64,000 nt of DNA, taken from positions 649,041 to 713,040 of the forward strand of contig CP181398.1 of NCBI GenBank assembly GCA_047946875.1, given 5' to 3'. Positions 61,197-64,000 of the stretch are shown one piece after another. The notes under the pieces were generated by a model that saw only the letters and a list, made by a program, of their open reading frames with translations, made no database searches and was not told the DNA's origin. Made by a program: the position numbers and the translations under genes. The first letter of the stretch is position 1. Each line of letters opens with the position of its first letter. The DNA comes from Candidatus Kerfeldbacteria bacterium. GTDB taxonomy: Bacteria > Patescibacteriota > Patescibacteriia > UBA10025 > JAHIVO01.

Positions 61197-62789
61197 TTAA
61201 TAAATTTCGTCTTTTTTTTCTTTTTGATATGTTATCCAATCTTCTACTACTTCAATAAATATTTTGAATGGTGCTTCAATAATAAAATCAAAAATAAATA
61301 GGAAAACATTAATTTTAGGTACTTTGGCTGACAACCACTGTCCAACACGCAGAATCGGTAAAGTAAATAAATTTAACAATGCTGAGAAAAAACTATCTCG
61401 CTCATTAACAATTACTAATTCTTTAACTTCATTTCTTAGCTTAAGACCAAAGAAACTAACCGCTGTTAAGAAAAATATAAAGAAAATTATACTTACAATA
61501 TTAAAATTCAATAACCCTAAAGCCCAAACTAAAACACCAAATGATAATAAGAATGTTAAGGCATATAATAAATTAAATACTACTTCTACTACCTTACTAC
61601 GATTAAATACCTTTTTCTTACGATATAAAAATCCTGGATGAGGCTCAGAATAAACAATTCTCATTAATAAATTAGTTATTGTTTGGGTATTTTTTTCTGA
61701 AGGTAATTTTATTGAAGAAGCAATGAATAACATAAGTAGTGGATGAAAAATGATATTAACTAATAAAGGTGTATAAAACGTTAAACCTAATATAAATAAC
61801 TCATAAGGCAGCTCCAAAGCTAAAGCAAGTAACATCTTTGTTATAAAAATATATATTATAGTTCTAATATAACTACGTTTTAATTTTAGTTTAGCTTTTT
61901 GATAACGAAGATTACAATGACGAACAATTTCTTGCTCAAATTGTTTTGGGTGATTGACCAACCCAGTAAAATTTTCTTTATACTCGTCTATAATGTCTTT
62001 CAATATTATAAATATAACTGAGAATTGTCTAACAAATCTAAATAACCGATCATAAAAAGGATGGTTAATCTGGTATTCAATTTTATCTTTAATAGTAGAA
62101 AACTCATTATAAAAACGTTCAATCGCATCTGCATCACCAGATAGCCAGCCGGGCACCAAAAAATCTAACAAATGAAATCTAATTATCCCAAAATCTGATT
62201 TTATTAAAACACGATGTATAGCTATATAAACTTGTAAATCTCTTTCAATCGGATCAACAATATCCTCAGCCAAATCTACATCTTGCCTGATAATTTTATA
62301 CATATATTCAACTAAAGCATCTTCTCTGGTCGGCGGAACTAAATGATGCTCAATCTCAGTTGCTAAGACTGAAAGAATCCAATTTGCATCCTTACGTCTC
62401 TCTTTAGTCAAAAGATTGGGAGCAACACGTCTCAATAAATTCAAATGCTTCTCAATAATATTTTCCACCTCACCAATAACTCTCTCAGGAACTATGTTAT
62501 TTGGTAGATATTTTGCTCGTATCAACTCCGTAATTAATAAATTACCAAAATTTGATTTACGATCTTCAGTATAGAATCTTCTTTTTAACATTCGTTCAAT
62601 CGCATTCTTACGCAATAAATGCTCATCTTTATAATCGATAGCATTCCTAATTCTTTCATAAACAGAAGCGGCTCTACTTATCGTCATTTGAATCTTTATT
62701 TTTGATTCATCACTATCGTATTGATTCTGAGTTGATACTTGTTGAAAAGTATCTATAAATTTAATTGTTGGTTGTGAGATGTTGCTCAT
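61197..62789 (-). CDS. hypothetical membrane protein
   Basis: 530 aa; C-terminal half polytopic. Confidence 0.5.
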   Translation of the reverse strand: MSNISQPTIKFIDTFQQVSTQNQYDSDESKIKIQMTISRAASVYERIRNAIDYKDEHLLRKNAIERMLKRRFYTEDRKSNFGNLLITELIRAKYLPNNIVPERVIGEVENIIEKHLNLLRRVAPNLLTKERRKDANWILSVLATEIEHHLVPPTREDALVEYMYKIIRQDVDLAEDIVDPIERDLQVYIAIHRVLIKSDFGIIRFHLLDFLVPGWLSGDADAIERFYNEFSTIKDKIEYQINHPFYDRLFRFVRQFSVIFIILKDIIDEYKENFTGLVNHPKQFEQEIVRHCNLRYQKAKLKLKRSYIRTIIYIFITKMLLALALELPYELFILGLTFYTPLLVNIIFHPLLMLFIASSIKLPSEKNTQTITNLLMRIVYSEPHPGFLYRKKKVFNRSKVVEVVFNLLYALTFLLSFGVLVWALGLLNFNIVSIIFFIFFLTAVSFFGLKLRNEVKELVIVNERDSFFSALLNLFTLPILRVGQWLSAKVPKINVFLFIFDFIIEAPFKIFIEVVEDWITYQKEKKDEIY

Positions 62790-63023
62790 TTTATTTTTTT
62801 TGATTTAAAATATTTCTCTTGAAAATTTACCTTTTATTAATTTCTTCATCAGTATATATTATGCCATTAACTTGATTTCCTGATCACCAGTACTCCTCTT
62901 AATAACTGCAGTTATTATACCATTAAATTTATCTATTGACTTATAAATTATATTTATATATTTTGAATGTTTACTTCCCAATCTTCTATCCACAACTACC
63001 TATACTTTTTTCCTAACCAATCT

Positions 63024-64000
63024 TTATAATTTTCCATTACCTATAGCCTTTCTTATTTTTCTCATCAATGTCAAATAAAAATTGAGATTATGTATAGTTG
63101 CCAATCGATATGAAAGTGGATCAGAAGTCATAAATAAATGACGAATATAGCTCAATGAGAAATTTTTACATGTATAACAATCACAATATTTATCTATTGG
63201 CTTCATATCTGATAAAAATTTAGATTGTTTGATACGTATCTCTTTATAAAAATTTCCTCTTATCTTATCCCCAGACCAAGCATAAAGCAATCCATGTCGA
63301 GCATGTCTTGTAGGAATAACACAATCAAACATATCTACTCCTCGCTTGACTGATTCTACTATCTGTTCTGGTTTACCGACTCCCATCAAATATCTTGGTT
63401 TATTTTCTGGTAATACAGGTACTGTATAATCTAATATCTTATACATTATATCAACAGGTTCACCTACTGCTAAACCTCCTACTGCATATCCATCAAAATT
63501 CATTGCTACTAATTCTTTAGCGCTTTGGATTCTTAAGTCTTTAAAACTAGAACCTTGAACAATCCCGAATAATTTTTGTTTATTGTTCGGATTTTTTTTC
63601 TTCTTAAAATAATCTTTTCCTTGTTTTGCCCAACGACTAGTCAATTCTAAAGAATCACTTGCATACTTCCTCGTAGAAGGATATGGTGGGCACTCATCAA
63701 AACTCATCATTATATCTGAGCCTATTGTCATCTGAATTTCTAGAGCTTTTTGGGGAGTTAAAAAATATCTCTGCCCATCTAATTCTGAATTAAATTCTAC
63801 TCCTTTTTTAGTTAACTTTCGTCTTTTTGATAATGAAAAAACTTGGTAGCCTCCAGAATCAGTTAATATTGGACCGTCCCAATTCATATAATTATGTAAA
63901 CCTTTTGCTTTTTTTAATACTGAAAGTCCCGGTCTCTGCCAGAGATGGTAAGTATTTGATAAAATTATTTGCCCACCCAAATTTTTTATATCATCTGGTA
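63024..64000 (-). CDS. tgt: tRNA-guanine transglycosylase (partial; 5' end beyond the window)
   Basis: LTDSGGYQVFSL, zinc site CDCYTC...H. Confidence 0.85.
   Translation of the reverse strand, partial: PDDIKNLGGQIILSNTYHLWQRPGLSVLKKAKGLHNYMNWDGPILTDSGGYQVFSLSKRRKLTKKGVEFNSELDGQRYFLTPQKALEIQMTIGSDIMMSFDECPPYPSTRKYASDSLELTSRWAKQGKDYFKKKKNPNNKQKLFGIVQGSSFKDLRIQSAKELVAMNFDGYAVGGLAVGEPVDIMYKILDYTVPVLPENKPRYLMGVGKPEQIVESVKRGVDMFDCVIPTRHARHGLLYAWSGDKIRGNFYKEIRIKQSKFLSDMKPIDKYCDCYTCKNFSLSYIRHLFMTSDPLSYRLATIHNLNFYLTLMRKIRKAIGNGKL

Overview
This is an AT-rich (~30% GC) chromosome segment from what looks like a Candidate Phyla Radiation (Patescibacteria) genome, judged from gene content and ~30% GC; most genes are on the minus strand. 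Identification rests on my recall of motifs and families; no database search was possible.

Recognisable housekeeping genes:
- pheS, metG, glyQS, rpsU and a partial tgt at the window edge.
- rmuC, tatD, cvpA, fabD, rsmI, lepB and a PIF1-family helicase.
- A ClpA-like ATPase, a DsbA-like oxidoreductase, a ZIP transporter, an AI-2E transporter and an M16 peptidase.
- A complete F-type ATP synthase operon (atpZ-B-E-F-H-A-G, then atpD-C).

The ATP synthase operon is split between atpG and atpD by two paralogous helix-turn-helix genes on the opposite strand.

The most interesting region is a ~9 kb co-directional defence-like island at about 3.6-12.8 kb. It contains:
- a UvrD-type helicase fused to a PD-(D/E)XK nuclease,
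- a 3'-truncated RhuM-like gene,
- an M.EcoRI-family adenine methyltransferase paired with a DUF262(DGQQR)-HNH nuclease,
- a split OLD/PARIS-like pair (AAA_21-type ATPase plus a Toprim-like DUF4276 protein) followed by an acidic 363-aa protein of unknown function.

These modules are punctuated by three copies of a ~75-bp repeat lying immediately upstream of gene starts; one copy truncates the RhuM gene.

Other notable structure:
- Two GC-rich palindromic 42-nt in-frame mini-inserts inside the helicase gene.
- A ~700-bp ORF-free region at ~50% GC that is dense in hairpins, with a plausible minus-strand promoter and terminator (candidate large ncRNA).
- A duplicated promoter/operator motif driving two small GC-rich genes.
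- A promoter-to-terminator candidate sRNA of about 200 nt.
- Tandem paralogous secreted proteins.
- A degenerate IS200/RAYT-like transposase.
- A Cys-rich membrane protein containing a perfect 51-nt tandem repeat.
- A leaderless T4SS-pilin-like gene.
- A membrane-anchored, zinc-ribbon-capped ClpA-like ATPase.

Several islands of about 45-50% GC suggest horizontal acquisition.
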